Source: Candidatus Magasanikiibacteriota bacterium
Lineage (GTDB): Bacteria; Patescibacteriota; Patescibacteriia; Magasanikbacterales; GWA2-37-8
Assembly (NCBI GenBank): GCA_943359595.1
Contig: CALRIA010000005.1
Location: 1-36,643, forward strand
DNA length: 36,643 bases
Direction: 5' to 3'
Shown here piece after piece: positions 26,098-35,311 of this stretch. A program made the translations under genes and the position numbers. How positions within the stretch are numbered: position 1 is the first letter of the stretch; each line of letters begins with the position of its first letter. The notes below the pieces were generated by a model. That model made no database searches. It saw only the letters and a list, made by a program, of their open reading frames with translations, and was not told the DNA's origin.

Positions 26098-27170
26098 CAC
26101 CTACAAAAAAAGTGCCCTCAATAACTGAATGGCTTTCGGAAATTAATTACAAACAACTGGACGTCTTTAGGCGCGAAGATGCCGAAAAACGCGATCGTTT
26201 AGAATTGTTAAACAAGATTATTGGATTACCCTATTTAAAAGCTTATAAATTTACACTATCTGAAGTGCTAAATCATAGTATACGATTTGAAAAATTATTA
26301 TCTGCATCTGGTAATACTAAATTTTTATTTAAACTTTTACCAACTTATTCAAAATTACCAAAATTACGTACTAGAGATAAAAATTTAAAACATTGTGTAC
26401 AGTGGCTAAAAAAACAGAAAATTGACGACGATAAATATAAAATTGAAATAGTCCCAATAGATAAAAATGAAAAAAATTCTGCGGTTTTTTGTGTTAACAA
26501 AAATGGAATATGGGGAGAGATAATCAACGGTCCAATTTGGAATTTCTCTAAAGGTACTTACAAAAAACAACCAACAATATTTTCTTTTGATTTTAAAAAT
26601 TGGTATTTTTCTAGTCATAACAAATTGACTGAAAAATTTATTAAAAAAGCGATCAAAAAAATAAAAATAAAAAAAAATAGCCAAGTTAAAGCCCTTAAAA
26701 ATAAAATCGATATTGAAATTACCTCCCAAAATTATTTACAAGGATACTTTGAATGTATCCAACGAAGTAATGATTTACTTTTTGTTGATTACAACCGACG
26801 TTTATTCAAAATAATTGAAAAATCGCTAACAACTATTTCGCATGGGATTGATCTGTTGCACGGAACCTGTCTAGGCCCAGGAAAGGCTACTGGCAAAGCC
26901 GTGATAATCAAAAATTTAAATAAAAAAATAAATTTCCCAAATGGCTCAATTATAATATGTCACACCGCAAATTTTGAAATGTTACCTTATCTTAAAAAAG
27001 CTAGCGGCATAATAACTGAACGTGGTGCTGTGTTATCCCATGCAGCTATTGTCTGTAGAGAATTAAATATGCCATTTGTAGCCCATGTAAAAAACGCTAC
27101 TGAAAAGATAAAAAATGGTCAAAAAATTTTTATTGATGCTGATAAAGGGATTGTTAAAATAATAAAATAG
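26094..27170 (+). CDS. Phospho-His swivel (PEP-utiliser mobile) domain protein with PPDK/PEPS-like ATP-grasp-type N-terminus, paralog 1
   Basis: C-terminal PGKATGKA...GIITERGAVLSHAAIVCRELNMP...IDADKG; ATGA overlap with the PK-like stop. Confidence 0.85.
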   Translation: MTPTKKVPSITEWLSEINYKQLDVFRREDAEKRDRLELLNKIIGLPYLKAYKFTLSEVLNHSIRFEKLLSASGNTKFLFKLLPTYSKLPKLRTRDKNLKHCVQWLKKQKIDDDKYKIEIVPIDKNEKNSAVFCVNKNGIWGEIINGPIWNFSKGTYKKQPTIFSFDFKNWYFSSHNKLTEKFIKKAIKKIKIKKNSQVKALKNKIDIEITSQNYLQGYFECIQRSNDLLFVDYNRRLFKIIEKSLTTISHGIDLLHGTCLGPGKATGKAVIIKNLNKKINFPNGSIIICHTANFEMLPYLKKASGIITERGAVLSHAAIVCRELNMPFVAHVKNATEKIKNGQKIFIDADKGIVKIIK

Positions 27171-27177
27171 TCTAATT

Positions 27178-28260
27178 ATGAGCATCACCGAAATTATCGA
27201 CAATCAAATGCCTTCTTTGACTGAATGGTTAGAGAAAATTAATTTCATCCAAACTGAAGAATTTCGCAAGGAAGACAACACCAAACGCGATCGTTTGGAA
27301 ATTTTATTTCAAGAAATTGGTTTGGAATATGATCGCCCCGCCAGATTTATGGCCAGAGATTTAAAAGACAACACTTCAATATTTAAAAATTACTTAGATC
27401 AAGCTGGTGAGGAACAATGTGCTTTGCGTTTAATTCCAATTTCTGCTGGATTGCCAAAATTACGAGTACGTGGAAAAACTCTCAGAGAAAATTTGGTATG
27501 GTTTAAAAATCAAGATATTGATGCCGAACAATACAAAGTAGAAGTTGTGCCACACAGTGATTATTGCAAATATTCCGCTACTTTCCTAATTAACAATCAC
27601 GGTATTTTAGGAGAAATTATAAAGGGATTGCATTGGCAATTAACTCAAGGATTACATCAGGAACCGCCCATTTATTTTAGCTTTGATTTTCATAATTGGA
27701 CATTTTCTGCACTAGACAAAGAAGCTGAAAGATGGATTAAACAGGCAGTTGCCTCCCTTATAATCACACCAGACAAACAAAAAGATATCCAGAAAAAATT
27801 TGAGGCGGAATTTACCAGCCAAGGATATTTAAAAGGGTATTTTGAATTTGTTGTTTGGCCAAATGATAAAATTTTATTTATCGATTATAACCGTACTATT
27901 TATCGTTCATTAAAAGATGTTAAATCAAACGCTATACACTCAGACCTAGAATTATCAGGCATCTGCGCTAGCGCTGGAAAAGTATCTGGCACAGCTAAGA
28001 TAGTTTTGGATCCAAAAAATACTGACTTTTCTGAAGGAGATATTTTGATTTGTGCGATGACTCTAATTGATTATGTGCCACTCATGAAAAAAGCGGCTGG
28101 AATCATCACCGAACAAGGCAATATTTTGTCCCATGCGGCCATTGTCGCGCGTGAATTACACAAACCTTGTCTGGTGGGGGTAAAAAATGTATTGAGACAA
28201 ATTAAAAGCGGACAAAAGATTACTTTAGACGCAGACAATAGCCAGATAATTTTGAACTAA
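27178..28260 (+). CDS. Phospho-His swivel domain protein, paralog 2
   Basis: GIITEQGNILSHAAIVARELHKP; colinear with paralog 1 (PSxTEWL, KRDRLE, LPKLR, GEIIxG, FSFDFxNW, GYFE, DYNR). Confidence 0.87.
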   Translation: MSITEIIDNQMPSLTEWLEKINFIQTEEFRKEDNTKRDRLEILFQEIGLEYDRPARFMARDLKDNTSIFKNYLDQAGEEQCALRLIPISAGLPKLRVRGKTLRENLVWFKNQDIDAEQYKVEVVPHSDYCKYSATFLINNHGILGEIIKGLHWQLTQGLHQEPPIYFSFDFHNWTFSALDKEAERWIKQAVASLIITPDKQKDIQKKFEAEFTSQGYLKGYFEFVVWPNDKILFIDYNRTIYRSLKDVKSNAIHSDLELSGICASAGKVSGTAKIVLDPKNTDFSEGDILICAMTLIDYVPLMKKAAGIITEQGNILSHAAIVARELHKPCLVGVKNVLRQIKSGQKITLDADNSQIILN

Positions 28261-28280
28261 TTTTTAGCTCAACTAAGACA

Positions 28281-28320
28281 AAAAATAGCTATTGGCAACG
28301 GTGGCTATTTTTGTTAAAAT
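28281..28320 (+). promoter_or_regulatory. Terminator hairpin overlapping the promoter of the dTTP operon
   Basis: AAAAATAGCTATTG-gcaa-CGGTGGCTATTTTT hairpin; TTGGCA (28292-28297), 17 nt, TGt-TAAAAT (28315-28320). Confidence 0.55.
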
Positions 28321-28346
28321 AACAGTGAAATTATAACCTATATTTT

Positions 28347-28814
28347 ATGTTAACAGCAAGAGAAAATGCTATTTCTTGGGATGAATGCTTTATGCGTATG
28401 GCCCATGTGATTTCCGAGAGATCAAAAGACCCTAGCACCCAGGTAGGAGCCGTAATTGCCGATATCCAGAACGTGGTATTAGGATTAGGCTATAACGGTT
28501 TTCCACGTGGCATTGAAAGCGATCAACTACCTTGGGAACGTGAAGGAACTTTTGCAGATACTAAATACGCTTATGTTTGTCACGCCGAAGAAAATGCTAT
28601 TTACAACGCCAACCAAAAAGTGCACGGCTCCAAAATTTATTGCACCTTATTCCCTTGTAATGAATGTGCTAAAACCCTAATCCAAAATGGCATCACCGAA
28701 GTGATTTACGAAAATGATAAGTACCACGACGTGGACACCTTCGTAGCCGCTCGTCGTTTGCTAGATGCCGCTGGAATTAAATACCGCCAATACCTATCTG
28801 ATTCGTCTAAATAA
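28347..28814 (+). CDS. dCMP deaminase (ComEB/DCTD family)
   Basis: WDECFM, RSKDPSTQVGA, GYNG, HAEENA, PCNEC. Confidence 0.95.
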   Translation: MLTARENAISWDECFMRMAHVISERSKDPSTQVGAVIADIQNVVLGLGYNGFPRGIESDQLPWEREGTFADTKYAYVCHAEENAIYNANQKVHGSKIYCTLFPCNECAKTLIQNGITEVIYENDKYHDVDTFVAARRLLDAAGIKYRQYLSDSSK

Positions 28815-28825
28815 ACAACAACCCT

Positions 28826-29377
28826 ATGGCAAAATTAATTATTGGCATCGTTGGAGAAAATGCCGCCGGCAAAACGACAGCGACTGAATATTTAAAAAAC
28901 AAATTCAACGCCGTTACTTTTCGATTTTCTGATATGCTCTATGATATCTTAAAAAGAATGTATATCGAACCAAACAGAGGCAATTTACAGATGATTTCCA
29001 CAATTTTGCGCCAAAATTTTGGCGACGATATCATGTCCAAAGTTATCGCTAAAGATGCCAAAAATTCCACCTCGGAAATTATTATTACTGAAGGTGTACG
29101 TCGACCAAGTGACGTCCCCTATCTCAAAGAATTGTCCAACTTTATTCTAATTTACATCAAAGCCGACGAACAAACACGTTTTTCCCGCTTGGCTAATCGT
29201 GGTGAAAAACCAGACGATGCCATCAAAACTTGGGAAGATTTTCAGAAAGAAGGTTTACAAGAATCAGAACAACAAATTTTGGCGATTGCGCAAACTGCTA
29301 ATTCCACAATTGACAATAACGGCTCTCTTGAAGAGACTTATGCCCAGTTAGATAAAATTGTTGCTCAATATTTATAA
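28826..29377 (+). CDS. P-loop kinase (dephospho-CoA-kinase-like / possible dNMP kinase)
   Basis: IIGIVGENAAGKTT Walker A, EGVRR, RFSRL..R, IDNNGSLEE. Confidence 0.8.
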   Translation: MAKLIIGIVGENAAGKTTATEYLKNKFNAVTFRFSDMLYDILKRMYIEPNRGNLQMISTILRQNFGDDIMSKVIAKDAKNSTSEIIITEGVRRPSDVPYLKELSNFILIYIKADEQTRFSRLANRGEKPDDAIKTWEDFQKEGLQESEQQILAIAQTANSTIDNNGSLEETYAQLDKIVAQYL

Positions 29378-29378
29378 T

Positions 29379-29813
29379 ATGCAAGTTTTAATCAAGCGCC
29401 TCGATAAATCTCTCCCCCTCCCCCGGTATCATACTTCCGGTTCGGTAGCTTTTGATTTTTCAGCGCGCATTGAATCTACTGTGAGGCCAAAACAAATCGC
29501 TCGCATTCCCTCAGGATTAATTATTGGTACACCAACTGGCTATGTCCTCACTTTAGCTGCCCGCTCCAGTTTGGCCGCCAAAAAAGGCCTAATGTTGGCC
29601 AATGGTATTGGGACTATCGACAGTGACTACTGCGGACCAGAAGACGAAATTTTGATTTCTGTATACAATTTTACTGATCAAATTGTCACTGTAGAAAAAG
29701 GCGAACGCATCGCTCAAGGTATGTTTTTAAAAGTAGAACAAGGGGAATGGAAAGAAGTCGATGAGATTACCGAAAAATCCCGTGGTGGTTTTGGTAGTAC
29801 GGGAGATAAATAA
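29379..29813 (+). CDS. dut: dUTP diphosphatase (trimeric)
   Basis: GSVAFD, ARSSL, GTIDSDYCG, GERIAQ, RGGFGSTG. ATG at 29379. Confidence 0.96.
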   Translation: MQVLIKRLDKSLPLPRYHTSGSVAFDFSARIESTVRPKQIARIPSGLIIGTPTGYVLTLAARSSLAAKKGLMLANGIGTIDSDYCGPEDEILISVYNFTDQIVTVEKGERIAQGMFLKVEQGEWKEVDEITEKSRGGFGSTGDK

Positions 29814-29817
29814 ATAT

Positions 29818-32490
29818 ATGTCAAAAGAATTTGGTAATTTATCACAAGCAATAGAAACGCAAAGAGAAACTGGTGTAATGACTGACCAATGGTTATTGCC
29901 TAAATTTTTTCAATTAACAAAAGGAACTGAAGTTCATTTAGTAGCTACCGACAGCTTTATCGGTAAATCAAAAGACCAATACAATGCCGCCTGGTTATCA
30001 CGTGAATTAATTCAAAATTTTGTTGACCACAACCCAGACGATCAAGGAACTTTAAATGGGGTTGAAATTAGCACTGAAGATTTACCAGCGTCAAAAGACA
30101 TGCCTAAGGGCGGAAAAAGAATTATTATTAAAGGAAATTGGAAATTTGAAAATCCTACTGGTGTTATTAGCCCTCATTCTGAAAAACCCGCTGATACAGA
30201 AACGGCGGGTGGAAATGGTATTGGACTAAAACAATCTGCTTTAAGAATGTTAAGAGATTTTGGAGCAAAAAAATTTGAGATTGAAGGTGAAGGTTGGAAA
30301 GTAGATTATGGGATGATTAAAAAAGATGAAGTCAATCAAACTATTCAAGACAATCTACCAGAAATGGAATCTGCCCGAGTCCGCCATGATTGGTTGGTAG
30401 CAGATCTATCAAAAACTAAAAACAGTGGGACCAATTCTTATGTGATTGAAACAGACAACCAAGAATTAATAGCGTCTTTATCAGAACTTCCAAATCTAGG
30501 CGTCTCTGAAAAAAATAAATATCTGCAAGATTTAGATTTAAATGTAAAGACTGGTGATAAAAAATCCATTGCTTTAAAATGGCTACAACCAGAAGAAAAA
30601 GGACGTCTCTTTTTAAATGGACAGGTGATGAATTATGAAAAAAACGGCACTAGTTCAGACGATTATTGGCGTGGGCCAGAAGGTCTATCTATTTCTTTAA
30701 AAGGAGTGAAATACAAGATGAGCATCGACCGACCGCCGGTAGATAAATTCGATTTTGGCAGTTATTTGGAAAATTTTGTAAAAAAACTTTCCACTCAACA
30801 GCTTACTGAACAACTCCAAAAATCCTACCATTTGTGGCGCGGGACTCTCATGCCTTCATATGCCAGAAAAGGATTTATGGTGGCAGTAGATAGTATGGTG
30901 GAAGCTTTACAAAAAAGAAAAGACTACACATCAAGCCAATTTAAAGAATTATTTCCTGAAAAATTATTAGCGAATGATACTGGTTTAGAAAAAAAAGATA
31001 TTCAAAAATTAGAAAAAGATGGTTATGTCGTATGTGATGAAATATTTGGGAAAATTGGCATGGAAAAAGCCAGCCAAATTTTAAAACCAGACGAGTCGTT
31101 AGTGAGAGAGAAACGTCCGGATAATCCATCTGGACAAATCGAAAAATTGGCTGAGGAAATGGGTTTACAGGTTTATTTCCAAGAATACGGGCACATTAGC
31201 ACTTCTGATTTTATAAATAAAATCGATGAATTTGTAAAAAAATATAGCGCCAAAATAGAAATAACCAAAGAAGGAATCAAAATTATCATCCCAGAAGGGG
31301 TTCACACTGAAACATTATACGCACAGATCCCCTACCCTAAAAAAAATCTGGAGCAAAAATTAATTTTTGAATTACGCAGCTTAATTAAACACGGACTACA
31401 AAATGAATTATTCGATGAGCATTCCCATACCACAAACGCCGATGTGGTAACTACTTATAAATCAGACATATCTTTTGCCTGTGGAGATCGTGAACAAACT
31501 CTAATAATTCGCAATACTCGTATTAGACCAAAAAAATATACTAAAGAAAAATTATTACTAGAGGCAACCTTGTTATTTGGCAAAAAACTAACGGCTGAAC
31601 AAATTGAATCTTTTTTAAAAAATATTAACCAATCAACTAAGATAACCCCTGCAAAAACAGATTCAATCAAGGCACGGTTGGATTTGGCATCTCATACCAA
31701 CATCCCTTCAGCCTATCAAAAACCAAACTGGCTCAAGCGTACCTTGGTAGTTTTGGGCATTGGAGCGATTGGCGCTATTGGGACTTATGAAGCATCACAA
31801 CCAACAGGAGTGGCAGCCATAAAAAAATCCTCAGATGATGACCAAACTTTAAAAAAAATAGAGCCTGTTGGAACCACAATACAACAAACAAATATCGACC
31901 AAATAAAAAAACAAAAAGAGGCTAATGAAAAATTTAGTAGCTTTATAAATCAACACCCAAATGCTCTAATTGGTGGATCTGATTTTGGCAAAACCGAAAT
32001 TACATCAGTTAGAAAACACACTGCTACTGTCGAATCTGCTTCAACAGTTAGAGATACTGAACAAAAATCTGATCAACACGAAGAAACAGATCAAATAGAG
32101 GATTTTGAACCACTAACAGAAATTACTGTCAAACAAACCGAGCAACTTAAAGTGTTAACCGCCTATTTAGAATTAACCACAGATGCAAAACTATCAGGAA
32201 AAAAATTCTTTATTTTTAAAGGAAAAGGGGCATTAGGAGTAAACCACGGAAAACAATTCATCGGTTTACACGAAGCCATGTTTGAAACCAATTTTTTTGA
32301 AGCTTTATCAACTTTGATTCACGAAGCTGCGCATTGTGACCCCGAGGCAAACGGTCACGACAATCAATTTCGTCACACTATGCAAGACATGTTCAGTGCC
32401 GCTTTAGAAAAAGAACACTTTGATGTCGATCCTAATTCTAAAGAATCCACTTTTAGAAAACGCTGGGAACAATTAAGATTAAATAAATAA
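29818..32490 (+). CDS. 890-aa protein: N-terminal GHKL-type ATPase, possible TM segment, C-terminal HExxH metallopeptidase-like domain
   Basis: RELIQNFVDH (N-box), GGNGIGLK (G2-box), LVVLGIGAIGAIG, TLIHEAAHCDPEANGHDNQF. ATG 29818 lies just after the dut stop. Confidence 0.75.
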   Translation: MSKEFGNLSQAIETQRETGVMTDQWLLPKFFQLTKGTEVHLVATDSFIGKSKDQYNAAWLSRELIQNFVDHNPDDQGTLNGVEISTEDLPASKDMPKGGKRIIIKGNWKFENPTGVISPHSEKPADTETAGGNGIGLKQSALRMLRDFGAKKFEIEGEGWKVDYGMIKKDEVNQTIQDNLPEMESARVRHDWLVADLSKTKNSGTNSYVIETDNQELIASLSELPNLGVSEKNKYLQDLDLNVKTGDKKSIALKWLQPEEKGRLFLNGQVMNYEKNGTSSDDYWRGPEGLSISLKGVKYKMSIDRPPVDKFDFGSYLENFVKKLSTQQLTEQLQKSYHLWRGTLMPSYARKGFMVAVDSMVEALQKRKDYTSSQFKELFPEKLLANDTGLEKKDIQKLEKDGYVVCDEIFGKIGMEKASQILKPDESLVREKRPDNPSGQIEKLAEEMGLQVYFQEYGHISTSDFINKIDEFVKKYSAKIEITKEGIKIIIPEGVHTETLYAQIPYPKKNLEQKLIFELRSLIKHGLQNELFDEHSHTTNADVVTTYKSDISFACGDREQTLIIRNTRIRPKKYTKEKLLLEATLLFGKKLTAEQIESFLKNINQSTKITPAKTDSIKARLDLASHTNIPSAYQKPNWLKRTLVVLGIGAIGAIGTYEASQPTGVAAIKKSSDDDQTLKKIEPVGTTIQQTNIDQIKKQKEANEKFSSFINQHPNALIGGSDFGKTEITSVRKHTATVESASTVRDTEQKSDQHEETDQIEDFEPLTEITVKQTEQLKVLTAYLELTTDAKLSGKKFFIFKGKGALGVNHGKQFIGLHEAMFETNFFEALSTLIHEAAHCDPEANGHDNQFRHTMQDMFSAALEKEHFDVDPNSKESTFRKRWEQLRLNK

Positions 32491-32493
32491 GAT

Positions 32494-33366
32494 ATGCAAG
32501 CCTACTTAGATATTGTAAAAAAAGTATTAGAACAAGGAGAAAGAAAAAGCAATCGTACTGGTGTTGATACTATCGCAACTGCGGGAGCAATCTTTGAACA
32601 TGATATGAGCAAAGGATTTCCTCTATTGACCACCAAAAAAATGCCATACAAGGTCATCGCTTCTGAATTAGAATTTTTTATCAAAGGCATCACCGATAAA
32701 AAATGGTTACAAGATCACAATAATCATATTTGGGACGAATGGGCCTATCCAAAAAAAGCACCCTATGGGCATGATGAAATATCCAAAAATCGTATGAAAG
32801 AAGAGCGCGATTTAGGACCAATCTACGGTTTTCAATGGCGCCATTTCAATGCGCCTTATTACAATTTTGAAGCCAACTATACCAACCAAGGTGTTGACCA
32901 GCTCAAACGTGTAATTGAAAAATTAAAAACTGACCCAAATGACCGTCGCATGATCGTAATGGCTTGGAACCCACTCGCTTTGCAAGATATGGCGCTACCT
33001 CCCTGCCACTATGCTTTCCAAATAACGGTGATTAATGGCAGGCTAAATTTACTATGGAACCAACGCTCTGTTGATACTATGCTTGGTTTGCCATTTAACA
33101 TCGCCAGCTACGCCACTTTATTACATCTATTAGCCAAAGAAGTCGGTTTGCAAGAAGGAAAATTAGTAGGTTTTTTGGCTGATGTTCATATCTATATAAA
33201 CCATATAGACGGCGCTAAAGAGCAGCTCACCCGCGATCCAAATCTCTATCCATTGCCAAAAATAGTTACAGAAAATTTTACTTCCATTTTTGATTGGCAA
33301 TGTGTTGATACTAAAATAGAAGGCTATCAAAATTATCCAAAGATTGAATTGGCTATCGCCATATAA
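32494..33366 (+). CDS. thyA: Thymidylate synthase
   Basis: RTGV, FPLLTTK, LGPIYGFQWR, MALPPCH, QRSVD..LGLPFNIASY, DVHIY. Confidence 0.98.
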   Translation: MQAYLDIVKKVLEQGERKSNRTGVDTIATAGAIFEHDMSKGFPLLTTKKMPYKVIASELEFFIKGITDKKWLQDHNNHIWDEWAYPKKAPYGHDEISKNRMKEERDLGPIYGFQWRHFNAPYYNFEANYTNQGVDQLKRVIEKLKTDPNDRRMIVMAWNPLALQDMALPPCHYAFQITVINGRLNLLWNQRSVDTMLGLPFNIASYATLLHLLAKEVGLQEGKLVGFLADVHIYINHIDGAKEQLTRDPNLYPLPKIVTENFTSIFDWQCVDTKIEGYQNYPKIELAIAI

Positions 33367-33369
33367 AAT

Positions 33370-33843
33370 ATGTCTTTTTCTCTCATTGCCGCCGTGGCTG
33401 AAAACAACTGTATTGGAAAAAATAATAAAATTCCTTGGAACATCCCGGAAGATTTTCAATACTTTAAAAAAATGACTTTAGGAAAAACTTGCCTAATGGG
33501 GCAGGCTACTTTTGAGTCTATTATTGGATATTTAGGCAAACCATTGCCAGGACGCCAAACTGTCGTGCTCACATTGGACAAAAACTACCAAGTGCCAGAA
33601 GGCGTGCGTATTTTTAACTCTCTTGATGGAGCTTTTAAACAGCTAAAAGCTGAAGATGTTTTTATCTGTGGTGGTGCTAGTATTTATCGACAAACCATTA
33701 ACCGAGTCGATACTTTATATATTACACAGATTTATCAATCCCCAGATGGCGATACTTTTTTCCCCGAAATTGATAAAAATGTCTGGAAAGAAACCACTCG
33801 TGAGGACCACGATAATTTTTCATTTGTGACTTATAAAAAATAA
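33370..33843 (+). CDS. folA: Dihydrofolate reductase
   Basis: IAAVAENNCIG..IPWNIPEDFQYFK, PLPGR, ICGGASIY, GDTFFP. Confidence 0.97.
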   Translation: MSFSLIAAVAENNCIGKNNKIPWNIPEDFQYFKKMTLGKTCLMGQATFESIIGYLGKPLPGRQTVVLTLDKNYQVPEGVRIFNSLDGAFKQLKAEDVFICGGASIYRQTINRVDTLYITQIYQSPDGDTFFPEIDKNVWKETTREDHDNFSFVTYKK

Positions 33844-33847
33844 AAAT

Positions 33848-34552
33848 ATGTTCATCATGATCGATGGTATTGATGGCAGTGGAAAGAGCACGGTAGTCTC
33901 ATCTTGGAAACATTATTTGTCTGATCAAGGCAATAAGATTTTTGATTTAAAAAATTATTTAAAAGAAAACGATCATTATCCGACAATACACGAGCTCAAT
34001 AACTATGATTTTATTTTTTCAGCTGAACCAACATTTACTGGTGTCGGCAAAGTAATTCGTGAAGAATTAATAAACCAAGAAAATCACTATTCGGCTGAAG
34101 CGATAACACAGGCATACTCATTGGACCGACTGATTCTTTACACTAAAATTATTATACCTCTGTTGCAGGCTGGCAAGCATATTATCCAGGACAGAGGGGT
34201 CAGCACTTCTTTGGCTTATCAGACTACTCAAAATTCTCATCTCACGTTAAAAGCCATTTCTGAATTAGAAGGAAATAAATTAGCGTTAAAAAATAATCCG
34301 GATCATTTAATACTATTGAAAGTAACTCCGAAAACCGCTATGCAGAGATTGTCTGGACGCCTAGAAAAACAAGATGACGTGATTTTTGAAAAAATGGATT
34401 TTTTGAAAAAAATATCTAATCAGTATGAATCAGAAGACTACAAAAATATTTTTAAAAAACTAGGCACACAAATACATTATTTGTCTGGTGAAGAAAAAAT
34501 TGATATAATGAATGAACAAGCTGTGAATTTATTAAAAAATATCTTAAAATAG
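33848..34552 (+). CDS. tmk: Thymidylate kinase
   Basis: FIMIDGIDGSGKST, EPT, IIQDRG..TSLAYQ, PD..ILL. Confidence 0.92.
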   Translation: MFIMIDGIDGSGKSTVVSSWKHYLSDQGNKIFDLKNYLKENDHYPTIHELNNYDFIFSAEPTFTGVGKVIREELINQENHYSAEAITQAYSLDRLILYTKIIIPLLQAGKHIIQDRGVSTSLAYQTTQNSHLTLKAISELEGNKLALKNNPDHLILLKVTPKTAMQRLSGRLEKQDDVIFEKMDFLKKISNQYESEDYKNIFKKLGTQIHYLSGEEKIDIMNEQAVNLLKNILK

Positions 34553-34553
34553 T

Positions 34554-35309
34554 ATGCTACTTTCAATATCAGAACTTATTCAACAAAGTTGGAATAATTA
34601 TTTAAAAACTTTACGACGCTTTGCGCCTTTTTTAGATGTATTATTAGCAAGTTTTATCATTCGTTATTTTTTAGGATTTGTCGGATTATATCTCAACGCT
34701 TATACCAAACTATCCAATCTTTCTGTAGACCTAAGCATTACATTGGTTATTATTGCTCTATCTTTTTTGGGCATCTGGACAAGTCTTGCTATTATCAAAT
34801 TAACTCAATTAGTCCAAAAAAATTCAACATTACCAAATTTTAAAGAAAGTTACATCAAAACTGTTCACTGTATTATTCCAACTTTTTTATTATCTTTATT
34901 GGTGGCTTTAATTATTATAACTGGTAGTATTTTATTTTTAATTCCAGGTATCATTTTTGCAATTTGGTATTATTATGTGAATTATATTATAATCTTTGAA
35001 GAACAAACTGGTTTAAATAATTTAAAAATTAGCAAACAATTGGTGGTTGGCCGCTGGTTTAGTATGGCTATTAGAATTATCATACCAAAAATTGTTTTTC
35101 TTATTGGCGTGATTATTTTAAGTATTTTAATACCAGAAATAATTATCAAAATATTTAATCCTTCGAGTGTTAAAATTACTCTTATTCTAGAACTAGTACG
35201 CGGTATTATTACAATTTTAACTTTACCCTTATTTATCTGGAGTGACACAATACTATATTTTAATGCCAAGGAAAATCCGATAGTTAACACCCAATCAGCT
35301 ACTAAATAA
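34554..35309 (+). CDS. Polytopic membrane protein (hypothetical)
   Basis: Five to six hydrophobic segments; GSILFLIPGIIFAIWY and SKQLVVGRWF pattern. Confidence 0.8.
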   Translation: MLLSISELIQQSWNNYLKTLRRFAPFLDVLLASFIIRYFLGFVGLYLNAYTKLSNLSVDLSITLVIIALSFLGIWTSLAIIKLTQLVQKNSTLPNFKESYIKTVHCIIPTFLLSLLVALIIITGSILFLIPGIIFAIWYYYVNYIIIFEEQTGLNNLKISKQLVVGRWFSMAIRIIIPKIVFLIGVIILSILIPEIIIKIFNPSSVKITLILELVRGIITILTLPLFIWSDTILYFNAKENPIVNTQSATK

Positions 35310-35311
35310 TT

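Noticed and set aside
16106-29817. N-terminal extensions in the ORF track (starts at 16159, 16275, 17776, 25057, 29358, 29761)
   Set aside because: They overlap a tRNA, promoter, terminator or the upstream gene; downstream ATGs fit the family N-termini or operon spacing better.
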